A stretch of DNA of 64,000 nt from Blepharisma stoltei ATCC 30299. Taxonomy: Eukaryota > Protista > Ciliophora. The stretch covers positions 1 through 64,000 of the forward strand of contig CBFDEM010000039.1 in the NCBI GenBank assembly GCA_965603825.1, read 5' to 3'. A program made the position numbers and the translations under genes. Under the pieces are notes generated by a model. That model made no database searches. It was given only the letters and a program-made list of their open reading frames with translations, and had not been told where the DNA came from. Below are positions 46,140-56,386 of the stretch, piece after piece (within the stretch, counting starts at the first letter, position 1; the number at the start of each line of letters is the position of its first letter).

Positions 46140-48065
46140 TTAAGCCCTTGATTTACTAGCTTTTTTCCAAAGAATTAAAAATCCAATAAACCTATACCCG
46201 ATCCCCAGCAAAACTACATAAATAAAGCACAGCCAAATCTCCCCTGTGAATTTCATATCATTTAACGGATCACATCGATAGCAATTAGTGCAGGTCTTGC
46301 AATCCATATGCAAATCAGTGTACTCATTAATGCACAGCCCTTCAATATCAAATCTCATTGGCTAAATAAATATTACAGATAAATATTGTATCCAGAAAAA
46401 TGACTTGGGATAGCTTTCAACATTTGTGACGACTCCTGTATACATCTCTAGTGGTGTCAGGAAAAGTGGGGTTATTGCGATTGCTAAATGCTCTGTTTTA
46501 CACATAGAGCCAATAATATAGCCAATCCCTGCTGAGCTTCATTGCATAAGGACAAGGCCCAAAACGAAAATTCAAAACTTGCTTGCATCGGTGTTATTGC
46601 ACCCAACTGTCCAATATATCATCAAACAATAAAATATTAAGGCTAGCAGCTGCGTTGGGGTTTCTGCAATGGACTTTGCCATATTATACGGGAATACACC
46701 ATACAATCTCTGTTTGGTTTCTTTTAAAAACAAAGGAGTTTCACTTGGAAAAACTAAAGCTGCATTTTGAGCAGAATAAAAAGAAACTATAAACATTGAT
46801 AAAAACTGTATAATGGTTCGGGAATATACCGATTCATAGTCTGTGCCAAGATTTGGGAATAGTATATCTACAAGTATCGCTATCCCTAAATACTCAATAT
46901 ACAAAATCCAGCTATAAAGTGGATTTCTTCTTGAATTAATCCATGACCTCCTCAGTAGAACCCAGAATTGTTTAAAAGATCCAGAGGGTTTCGAAATGTG
47001 CCGGTTTTCCAAAGGGGTCAATTCTTCAGATAATTCTGGGTTTTCATTTTCATTTTCTAGCTTTGAGTTGTATGAGGAAACTAATGTTTCTATAGTTTCG
47101 GTTTCTTCTTGTGTAGGATGTTTTCTGTCAACTACATGGAGCAATCTCATGTAATAGTCAGCAGGGTTCATCAGCCTTGGGCACTTATAGCCGATTTTTG
47201 AAAAATATTTTCTTGAGTCTTTTGCTCTACCTTGATATACGATGTGGCCTTCACTGAGTAAAACCAACTTATCAAATTTATTGAAGACATTGGAGCTTGG
47301 CTGATGGATTGTGGAAATTATTGTCCTTCCTTTTCTAGCCTGCTCTATAAGCAAATCAATCACAATTTCTGCTGTAAAACTGTCAAGCCCTGAAGTTGGT
47401 TCGTCCAATATAAGAATAAGTGGCTCCGAAATAAGTTCCATTCCTATGCAAACTCTTTTCCTTTCACCTCCAGAGAGACCTTTTTTCATTGCATTTCCCA
47501 CGATATTATCGGCAACTTTCATTAGTTTTAAATCATTGAGAATTTTTTCGACCCTCTCTGCATGCTGTTCGTGCGTTCCTGGCAATCTCAATTTTGATGA
47601 AAAAAGCATAGACTCTCGAGGTGTTAAAAAAGGAAGTAAAATATCTTCTTGGGTCACATAGGCTGAATAGTACTCAAAGTTAAAGTCTTTGATATTTGTG
47701 CCATTAGCAGTTATTGTGCCATATATTTTTGCTTCTCCAGTATTTTGTAGTCTTCCCGACAAAACATTCAACAGGGTGGTTTTGCCAGCTCCTGATGAGC
47801 CCATTAAAACGAGGAGTTCGCCAGGGTTCGCAGTGCCTGAGACACTTTTTAAAATGTTGATTTCGTCTTTGTCTTTTGATATGACGTAGCTTACATTTTC
47901 CCACTCTAGCTTAACCTTGGTTCCTTCTTCTTCATTTCCAGAAACGGTAGGTAGATGTCTCCTTCTGGGAGTATCAGTGTTTTTATCACCTGCATCTTTC
48001 CTTGGTGAGTCTAAAATATCGTATTCACTTGTAGGACTTTCAAGAGGACGATCTGTGATAATCAT
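46140..48065 (-). CDS. ABCG half transporter, tandem paralog (~636 aa; intron 46362-46376)
   Basis: Same motifs. Two TGA=Trp codons (46572, ~46539) and intron GTAATATTTATTTAG join the two track ORFs. Confidence 0.93.
46362..46376 (-). other. 15-nt intron GTAATATTTATTTAG
   Basis: Restores WIQYLSPMRF, aligning with paralog WIQYISCMRW. Confidence 0.93.
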
Positions 48066-48383
48066 TATGATGATTAAATGGATATTTTAGTATTTATGCA
48101 AAAAAAATTGAATTAAAATATTATTTTGTGTATTCATCGATAAGTAGCGATAATTTGATGCTAAAGTGAATAATAAAATATTTAATATAATTTCTTAGTT
48201 GGTGAGCAAATAAAGAATAGAAAATATTATAGAAATCAATAAGCTAAATCGAAAGCACTTGGTTTACTGATTTTAAACAAATTAATTCCCTTTATAGCTA
48301 TTATTTTATCAAATATCTGAGAAATTTCAATTCAGCGAAGATATTTTTATTAGGCTTTCCATTCTTATTATATTTTAATTTTA

Positions 48384-49397
48384 TTAGCTCATACTGAACT
48401 CAACTTTTAAAGGTAAATGATCTGAAGGATATTCACTATTTGGCAACGCTCCTTCCTTAGTAGCAACCTCTTCATTCGGGATCATCAAAATTCTCTTTGG
48501 CTTAAGCTCAAACGTATGAAAAACGTAATCTATACAACCATTAAAATTCAAGGTAAAGTTGCTGAACTTTGGATGTGCCTTACCGTCATATCTTTCATAT
48601 GCAGACCTAAACTTAAACCACGGCTTTATCCTCAAAGATTCGATTTCTAAGTCAATTTCTTTATTCCCAGTTGGTTTCCAAGGCTTCCCATAAAATAAAT
48701 TCAAAACATTGCTAAAAGGCATCGAATTAAAATCCCCACAAATGACAACTGGACATTGATATTTATTTTTCATTTTTATCACTTCATCAATCAGCATTGC
48801 AGCCTGCGCATATTTCACATATTCCAGCTTCGGGTCCCAATATAAATGTGTGCATGCGATTACTATCAATTTTTTGCTTTGCCTTTCTTCAAACACACTC
48901 ACAAACCCAACATTGTCTTTTTTATAGTTAATATTTGTGTCACATTTTCAATGAGAATTATAATCAATTCTTTTGGTTTCTATTTGATGGTATTTTTTCC
49001 ACTTCCATGCGAGGACTAAGCCGTCTCTTGCTTTCATTGAGCTTCTTTCGATAAAATTACTTCTATATTCTATTGAGGATAAAAAAGACTCAAATTCGGG
49101 ATATTTGTCAACCTCTTCTAGGGCTATGAAGTCTGAGTCAAGCTCTTTTAGAAAACTTTGGATAAGAGGAAATCTATAGTTGAAGTCGAGATAGGAGGGT
49201 TTTGTGTAGTAGTGGAAATGAGTGAACATGTCGGCTAGGGTATTGAAAGTTGTTATAGAAAAGGCAGAAGGCTCATTATTATCATCAAAGGTCTTATAAG
49301 AAAATCGCTTTGTTTGGGGACTTTCTGGGGATTTTTTAGAGAATCAGCTGTACAATAATAGAGCTATAAAAACTCCTGATATGAGATAATATCACAT
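48384..49397 (-). CDS. EEP-family CCR4/Nocturnin/Angel-like nuclease-phosphatase with N-terminal signal anchor (337 aa)
   Basis: FSITTFNTLA, DFIALEEVD, THLYWDP, CGDFNS, IDYVF and PSDHLP motifs. The frame is open upstream to ATG-TGA-TAT (MWYYLISGVFIALLLYSWF). Confidence 0.88.
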
Positions 49398-49426
49398 TTT
49401 ATTAGTCTAAATAAATAAAATAAATC

Positions 49427-50416
49427 ATGAAGACAAGTCACCAACACAAGCGGCCCTATCTGATTACAGAAACTTTTGATTTCCCGAACTTGCCTATTGA
49501 TTTGTGCTCTAAATCTCTTTGAGAGCTGTGGCCAAGCAAGAACCAATTTTTTTGCAAAGGCAAAATCATGATTGGCTCTTCACAAGATAACTTGCCTTTT
49601 ATTCTCACCTTAACCTTACTTACTATAGTCCCTATCAGCTTTTTTGTATTTATTTGTAGATATCTATGATATAATGTCACAATATCAATCCCTATTCTTT
49701 CAGGAATTTTCTATTTTGGAAGCATAGTATTTTTCTTACTTACATCTTTTTCAGACCCAGGAATTATCCCAAGGAAAAAAGTTTTTCAAGCCCTCGGCGA
49801 CGTCCCCAAAGAATTCACCGCCGAAGTGTTTTTCACTGAGTTTGGGCACCTTCACAAGTTTTGTGCCACTTGTGAAATATACCGTCCGCCTCGCTCTCAT
49901 CATTGTGCGAAATGCGATAACTGTGTAGAGGTGTTTGACCATCACTGTCCATATGTAAATAACTGTATTGGCTTGCGAAATTATATATATTTCATGATGT
50001 TTGTGATGAATTTGCTATTTTTGGGGATGATCGATATATCAGGATTTATGATTTTTTTATTCTATAACGCAGGGGATGGTAATTTTGAATATAATAAGCG
50101 GTCACTAATAGAACAAAAAGAAGTGATTGCTACAATTGTCGCAATTTTGACTATAATTTCGTTTGCTTTTACTCTCTTTGTAGGCATTTTGTGCCTTTTT
50201 CATTGCTCTCTGTGTGCTTCCGGTGAAACCACAAAAGAGAGGCTCAAAGGAGAAGCATCAGCCAAAAAATGCGGATTCTGCAGGTATAAGAAAAGCTGGT
50301 TTAACAAAAGGATGAAGCTAAATGACGCACAAATAAAAATTTTGATGGCAAAAAGTACGACTACTTTTGAAATAGAGCTAAATGATAGCAGTAAATCTCC
50401 TATTGATATAATTTAA
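49427..50416 (+). CDS. DHHC palmitoyltransferase (ERF2/ZDHHC9-14-18-like), 329 aa
   Basis: DPGIIPR, CATCEIYRPPRSHHCAKCDNCVEVFDHHCPYVNNCIG and ETTKE. The frame is open to ATG 49427 with TGA=Trp. Confidence 0.93.
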
Positions 50417-50422
50417 TAAATA

Positions 50423-50959
50423 ATGGCATTAAAGAAAGAGCTGTCCACACTTTTTAGCCTTTTAACGTCTAAAGCTCAGCTTCTCCCAGTCAAAACGAAA
50501 ACTAGGGCTTTAAAAGATATCCAAACGATTTTTAAAGACTACGAAACAATAGAAAATGCAGCAATTCTGGAAGAGATCAAGACTAGAGCTAATAATAAGC
50601 TGATAATTATGGAAATGTCAGTCCCAGACGAGCCTGAAGAAAAGAAAACTACATTTGAAATCCCTGGGGTCAAAAAGTTCCACGTAAAGGACGGAAAAGT
50701 AGTAGAAGGAGAAGCCCCACAGAAGCATGCGACTGATTTTTCTAATTGATACGCAGGAAATGTTGACCCCAGTGACCTAAAAAGACACAAAGAACTGAGA
50801 GATAGGATGTGCTACTTTGGGCCGTTTTGGGAAGGACGCAAAAGAAATCCAAGCATCCTTGATGAGCCTGCTGGGGTTTACCCAAAAATGGAAAAAGAAG
50901 AAAAACCTCCAAGAGACATAGAAATGGAAGAAAATAATTTTGAGCTGGTTAAACGATAA
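50423..50959 (+). CDS. Uncharacterised 178-aa protein (possible LYR-like mitochondrial protein)
   Basis: TGA at 50747 read through gives SN-W-YAGNVDPSDLKRHKELRDRM..., ending at TAA 50957. Confidence 0.7.
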
Positions 50960-50962
50960 ATG

Positions 50963-51457
50963 CTACTTAATTTCGTTAATTACATCGTTTTTTAATGCAT
51001 ATTCCATAAACTTTTTCATTGGGTCTTCTCTGTACCTAAAATTTTCATTGAATTCTTTGTATTCTTTTTCTTTTTGCCTGAAAGCTTTTATTGGCTTGCT
51101 GCCTGGAAGAGACTCGAAGTAGATTTTTCTTATGATTTTTCCGGCTGGGGTGTCTTGAAGTCCAAGGCGATAGTAAAAGGTTTCTTCATAAAAAAGCTCT
51201 AAAGTGGTAAAACTTATGCTAAATGTAAGCCCGCCAGCTAAGAATTTGCCTAGAAACCCTTCTTTTCGAAATATATAGATTGCAGAGAAAGTAGATAGTA
51301 AAGCAATAATAGAGGATCTGTAGAGATCATATTCCAGTTCTTCAGATAGGTTTTTTTGCTTAAGTTCTTTATAGATTCGTCTTCTGACGAGCATTGCTTC
51401 ATGGAATGAAAGGATCCTTTTAAATAATTTTCCTTTAAGTGGGGTTCTATCTTCCAT
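50963..51457 (-). CDS. Uncharacterised 164-aa protein with two hydrophobic segments
   Basis: Intact ATG-TAA ORF fitted between neighbouring genes, with two TM-like stretches. Confidence 0.7.
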   Translation of the reverse strand: MEDRTPLKGKLFKRILSFHEAMLVRRRIYKELKQKNLSEELEYDLYRSSIIALLSTFSAIYIFRKEGFLGKFLAGGLTFSISFTTLELFYEETFYYRLGLQDTPAGKIIRKIYFESLPGSKPIKAFRQKEKEYKEFNENFRYREDPMKKFMEYALKNDVINEIK

Positions 51458-51581
51458 TGCAAATTAATTTCTTTATCTATTATATGAAAATTTACTATAA
51501 TTTTCGATCCCCTTATTAAATTCTAAGTTGCTTGATTCCTCATTATACTAATAGTTTCAATTAACTAAATATCTAAGTAAT

Positions 51582-52058
51582 ATGGAAGACCAATCTGAAA
51601 TCCTAGCTAAAATCCAAGCCCGATTTCCAAGGGCTGCTGAAGGCATCCAAAGTGGGAAATGCCACCACTGTGGAGCTAATAAAATCGTAATCGGCTGCTT
51701 CCCTCCTGAAGGCTGCGATATTCGCTACTGTGAGCACTGTTTAAAAGGCCAATACCACGAAGACGTCGTAACAAAACTTGAGCAGCTAACCTCCTGGATA
51801 TGTCCCTACAAACAAGGAAAATGCAGTTGCACTGCATGTGCAGTTAAGCACCTACGTGTTTATTACTCAGAAAAATCAGATGATCTCATTCAAAGCGCTT
51901 TAGATTACAATGCTCAATTGCTGCTGCAGCTTAACCACAATAGGGCACTGATGACTAAGCAGGATACAGACTTGTGTATGAAAATTTTATACGAAAACTT
52001 GAAGCATTTGTCGAAGCTGGCTGATTTGCATAAAAAAGAGGAGAGAGGACAAACTTAA
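51582..52058 (+). CDS. zf-4CXXC_R1 (CDCA7/JPO-type) zinc-finger protein
   Basis: CHHC...C...CDIRYCEHCL..QYHED...WICPYKQGKCSCTAC follows the CHQC..CxxCL..YGE..WxCPxCRGICNCSxC pattern. Confidence 0.75.
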   Translation: MEDQSEILAKIQARFPRAAEGIQSGKCHHCGANKIVIGCFPPEGCDIRYCEHCLKGQYHEDVVTKLEQLTSWICPYKQGKCSCTACAVKHLRVYYSEKSDDLIQSALDYNAQLLLQLNHNRALMTKQDTDLCMKILYENLKHLSKLADLHKKEERGQT

Positions 52059-52102
52059 ATTAATAGCAATGGAAATTATAGTTTATATATAATTAATATA
52101 AA

Positions 52103-52345
52103 ATGCTGAGCAGGTTTGAGCCGACTGCATTGAGGACTTTTATTATTACGACACTCAGCATCATTGTGTTCCCAGTCATGACTTATTATATTGCGAGCTG
52201 TAATGGTTAAGCAGATCTTACAAGTGATTTTTTGCCTTCAAATCAGATCATAATAAGCGGGTTTTCTGCTGTTTTTGCCGTGCATATTGTGATTGGCTGC
52301 TTTCTTTTTAAAGTTTACAAAGACGAAATAGTTAAAAATAAATAG
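52103..52345 (+). CDS. VMA21: VMA21-like V-ATPase assembly factor (75 aa; intron 52200-52214), absent from ORF track
   Basis: Spliced protein MLSRFEPTALRTFIITTLSIIVFPVMTYYIASYLTSDFLPSNQIIISGFSAVFAVHIVIGCFLFKVYKDEIVKNK has two TMs with the VMA21-like P..TYY and SG..AV..VH motifs. Confidence 0.8.
52200..52214 (+). other. 15-nt intron GTAATGGTTAAGCAG
   Basis: Removes an in-frame TAA in the VMA21-like gene. Confidence 0.85.
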
Positions 52346-52841
52346 CTTATGATTGTGAGGAATCTTTTTGATTTAAACATTTTTTGATAAAATGGGCTGT
52401 CATTGTTCATCTTCTTTTAATAGCAGCTGCATTAAAATTAGCAAATAAATTGAGTATCTTGATAGCATATGTCTTGATAAAATGTTGCACCTTTAATATA
52501 TTAAAAACTTGATCTAGTAATTATTGAAGAGCCAAAAATACGATAATTATATCGATATGCTTAAACTTTGTCTCATAAAATATTTTATATTGTAGCTTGT
52601 AACTGTCCATATTTTAATGAATAATTTTCTAACTATAGCTAATATGTTTGGCTTAAAAGCCATCAAAATTATAATTTTAATACTTAAGTTTATGAATATC
52701 ATTTTAATGGAGAAAAGAGTACCATAATGATAAAGCATTTTCATTAACGAGGTCAAAATTTCAGCCTCAATAGATTTCATTATTTTAATAATTTTTGATT
52801 AATATTAGGATTTGATAAGGCCGGATCGTAACTAATAAATT

Positions 52842-53570
52842 ATGGGCGATATCTTTAAACTTGTAATCGAAGCTCTTTCAGGTTCCCCAGATCAGCCAGA
52901 CACACTCAATCAGCAACTATATGAACTAGACCAATTTCTTAAGGGGTCTGATGAATTTACAATAAATGCAGTCCGAGAATTATCTGGAACATTAGTCCTT
53001 CAAGGAGTCATTCCTCAAGATGATTCTGAAAAGCTATTTCATTATTTAGACTCAATTAAAGCCAGAGAAAACCCTCCAATCCCTAAGCTCCAATATCTCC
53101 AAGGTCCAGTTTCCCACTACAAAGCAAAAAACGCGGCTAAGCTGCTATCTTCTTTGCAAAAATTGCAGATTATAAGGCTTAGCAACATCTGTTTTGCGTT
53201 TCATCAGCTTTTCACTTATAGTAATAAATTAAAGGTAAACGAAATCGAAAGAAATCATAAAACAGCTTGCAGATTTCTAGCTCTCGGCAAATTGATCAAA
53301 AATAAGAAAAATCTCATTTATAAAGCTTTTGATATATGGAGACGTGCATGCATTGCCAAAAGAAAGGAGGAATCAGATAAAATTCTAAATTCGGTCTTTG
53401 GTAAGCAGGCCACAATATTTAAATCATATTTCAGTCACTGGGCAAGAAAATCAGCAAGATTATCTTATACTCCAAACCCAGATTTAATTATGTATAAACT
53501 CAAATCACGACCTATAAGAGCAACTGATATCCCAGTAAAGAAAAAATGCTGCCTATGCTGTTGCTGCTAA
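52842..53570 (+). CDS. Uncharacterised 242-aa protein with C-terminal polybasic/Cys cluster
   Basis: Intact ORF ending KKKCCLCCCC. Confidence 0.78.
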   Translation: MGDIFKLVIEALSGSPDQPDTLNQQLYELDQFLKGSDEFTINAVRELSGTLVLQGVIPQDDSEKLFHYLDSIKARENPPIPKLQYLQGPVSHYKAKNAAKLLSSLQKLQIIRLSNICFAFHQLFTYSNKLKVNEIERNHKTACRFLALGKLIKNKKNLIYKAFDIWRRACIAKRKEESDKILNSVFGKQATIFKSYFSHWARKSARLSYTPNPDLIMYKLKSRPIRATDIPVKKKCCLCCCC

Positions 53571-53618
53571 GCAGAAACAATTAATTAAAAATAAATCTAA
53601 AAAAAATTGTATATTAAA

Positions 53619-54458
53619 ATGGAAAGCGACTCAGCAAGATCAAAAAGAATGGCATCTCTAGCGAGATTGAGAAGCTCGAACGAGGAATCATCTCAGGTTG
53701 CTAGAAGCGTTGTGAGCTTTGGATATTCTGAAGACCAAAACAGAAATTACAGAGATTCTATGGAAGATCGACATAAAATTATTGATAATTTTTTAGAAAA
53801 TCCTTATCAAGGATATTTTGCGATTTTTGACGGCCATGGAGGTTTTGAAGCTTCAGAATTTTGCAAAAATTTTTTTCATGATGAATTCAGGAAAAACTTA
53901 TCAATTAAGAACACAATCCGAGAAGTATTTCACGACACATTCAAAAACATTGACGAAATATTTAGAGCCCGAAACTTTTTAGCATTAGGCACCACCGCTA
54001 CTATTTGCTATATTCGCAAAGAAGGAGCCGAAAGAGTTTTATATACAGCTAACGTAGGAGACTCTCACGCAGTGCTAGTTAATTCTCGAGGAGTAGAAAG
54101 ATTAACGACTGAAGATCGGCCTAGCAACCCTAGAGAAGTAGAAAGAATAAAGAAATCTGGAGGAATTATATCATCAGGAAGAGTAGGTGGGCAGTTGTCA
54201 ATCACCAGAGCACTAGGAGACACCATGCTCAAAACTAGTGGATTAATAAGTGAGCCTCATCTATCAAGAAGAGTAATTGTCCCAAATGATCTTTATTTAA
54301 TAATCGCTTCTGATGGGCTATGAGACTCAGTAAACGAATCTGAGCTGAGAAACATTTCAGGACGGAACTGCTTAGAAATCGCAAATGGCCTCGTCCAAAA
54401 AGCTCTTCAAGCTGGCTCAGTCGATAACACCTCTGTTATAGTTGTAAAACTGAATTAA
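53619..54458 (+). CDS. Protein phosphatase 2C (279 aa)
   Basis: MEDRH, FDGHGG, ANVGDS, ITRALGD, ASDGL-[TGA=W]-D and GSVDNTSVIVV. Confidence 0.95.
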
Positions 54459-54478
54459 AATTAAAGCAAAATTATTTA

Positions 54479-55447
54479 TTAATTTGGGTTTGAAAGAAGC
54501 CTCTGTTGCTCCTGCTCCACATAAGGATTCAGAAATCTGAATAATGGCCCAGGCGTTTTTAAGGCGATTTCAAACTCCAAAAACTTTGCAGGACTTGCGT
54601 ATAAATTCTTAAGCCTTGGGAGATCAAGAATATCGGCTCTTATCTTTTTTATGATTGGGTTTAAGGACTCCCCATCTTTGTATTTTTCTATTAATTTGCT
54701 AGCAACACTATGCTGGTTTAAGCTTGTGCAGGCAATAATTAACGCTGAAAAGCCAACCTGGGAAGCTTTGAAGTCCAAATGTGAGTAAAAAATCTGTGAA
54801 TAGTAGCATATAATTTTAGCAGTCTCAAAAACAGACTGCGGCAATCTAAATTCTGTAGCCAAGGATAGCAAAAAATCATAGCAAGTCGTAAAATTGACCC
54901 TGAATCCTAAAAATTTCAGCATTAAAAGCTCAGTGATTTTTATATCTGGATAGGTCAGTCTATTATGAGCGATTTTTTCTATTATTTGTTTTAGCCTTAG
55001 TGGGACATTGTCTTCGAATTTTGAAGCAATAAACATTGAGGTCACCCCTAAGACATGTAACATGGAGGTTTCGAGGGGTTTAATAAATACAGCGAAGAAC
55101 TTGTCCATGATCTTGGTAGCTAAGAAAAAAGTCTGAGGAGTACAGAAGGTGGCGGTGACCTCTACCATTCAGTCTACCATCATGCTTCGGTTTTCTGGAG
55201 TAATTATTTGGTGGGCTAGAGGCTTGGGGATAAAGGATTGAGCCTCGGTGATTAGAAAAGTTTGAGGAATTGACTCAGAAAGGGGAAGGTTGGATATGTT
55301 TTTGATCCTAGGAATTGGAGATGAGGATCTCCTGGGAGTTCTGGACTTGCCTTTGGTTATTTTGATGATTGTTATATTTTCTTTGATTGAACCTCTCATT
55401 AAGGAGTGAGATGATGATGAGCCATGAAGCTTTCTTCTTGTTAGCAT
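54479..55447 (-). CDS. Cyclin (A/B-like), 322 aa
   Basis: Cyclin box RSMMVD-[TGA=W]-MVEV, plus LGVTSMFIASKFED and ELLMLKFLGF. Confidence 0.92.
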
Positions 55448-55836
55448 TTTATATTTATAAATTTCTCACTCGAGGATACCCATATTTGTTTGATACCGCC
55501 ATTTTATATCTAAAAATCTGAAGAAGTCTGACTGTGTAGTGACATTAGTTAAAAATTTTAGTAGCTTATATTGTATTTTAGTGTTTATAAACTTCTTTGT
55601 TGAATTAATTTAATTTATTTAGACTTATACAGTCTGGAAAATAATAGATCTCGATCCCTTTAGAAATTATGCAGATCAATGCGTTTTTATTTCTACCTTA
55701 TTAGATTTTCAAAATATTATCGTTTTCTTTGATTAAATAACGCTTGTCTTAAAATATTTTAATGAAAGAAAATAATAAGGGAAATATTAATTTATTTAAA
55801 TTTTCACTTGCCTTAAAGTACAAAATTGAAAATTTA

Positions 55837-56376
55837 TTAATTTATAGATCTGGTTAAAGAAGCAGAAGCATTGGACTTGAATCTATACCGATGCGTAGAT
55901 TGAGTCCTCTTCCCGAATCTTGATTTACTAGGATTTGGAGTTTTTGCTCGCTCATCAATCCCAGTAAGCTCAAACAAATCAGTAAAGCGCCCTGGCTCTG
56001 TCTTTAAAGTTAACTGCAACCTGCTTTGAGTTTCCACTTTGATTGGCTTATTGTTTGCCATTTCTCTATAGTGGTTTAGCTTGCTATTTCTAGCATCATA
56101 AGCGTTCTTATAGAATCTGATTTTCCTTTCAAACCTAGATTTTTTTAGCCTTTCTGAAAACTCTTCTAACTGTTTAATTTTCTCTCTTTTTTCTTTAACT
56201 TTTTCTTTAAGCATTTCATTGTCATGAATTCTTTTAGTTTTTTCTTCTTGATAAAATTTCATTGGAAAAATATCCAACAATTTATCAAAGCCATTTGACC
56301 TGCTCTTAGCCGAGTGGTCGAACAACTCAAAACATTTAGAAATTCTAAATGCCATGACTCTCCATTCTTTTTCCAT
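55837..56376 (-). CDS. Uncharacterised basic coiled-coil protein (179 aa)
   Basis: Intact ORF starting 10 bp downstream of the previous stop. Confidence 0.65.
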   Translation of the reverse strand: MEKEWRVMAFRISKCFELFDHSAKSRSNGFDKLLDIFPMKFYQEEKTKRIHDNEMLKEKVKEKREKIKQLEEFSERLKKSRFERKIRFYKNAYDARNSKLNHYREMANNKPIKVETQSRLQLTLKTEPGRFTDLFELTGIDERAKTPNPSKSRFGKRTQSTHRYRFKSNASASLTRSIN

Positions 56377-56386
56377 TTATATATCA

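Noticed and set aside
52547-52780. 77-aa minus-strand ORF
   Set aside because: AT-rich, no motif, and no consensus intron that extends it.
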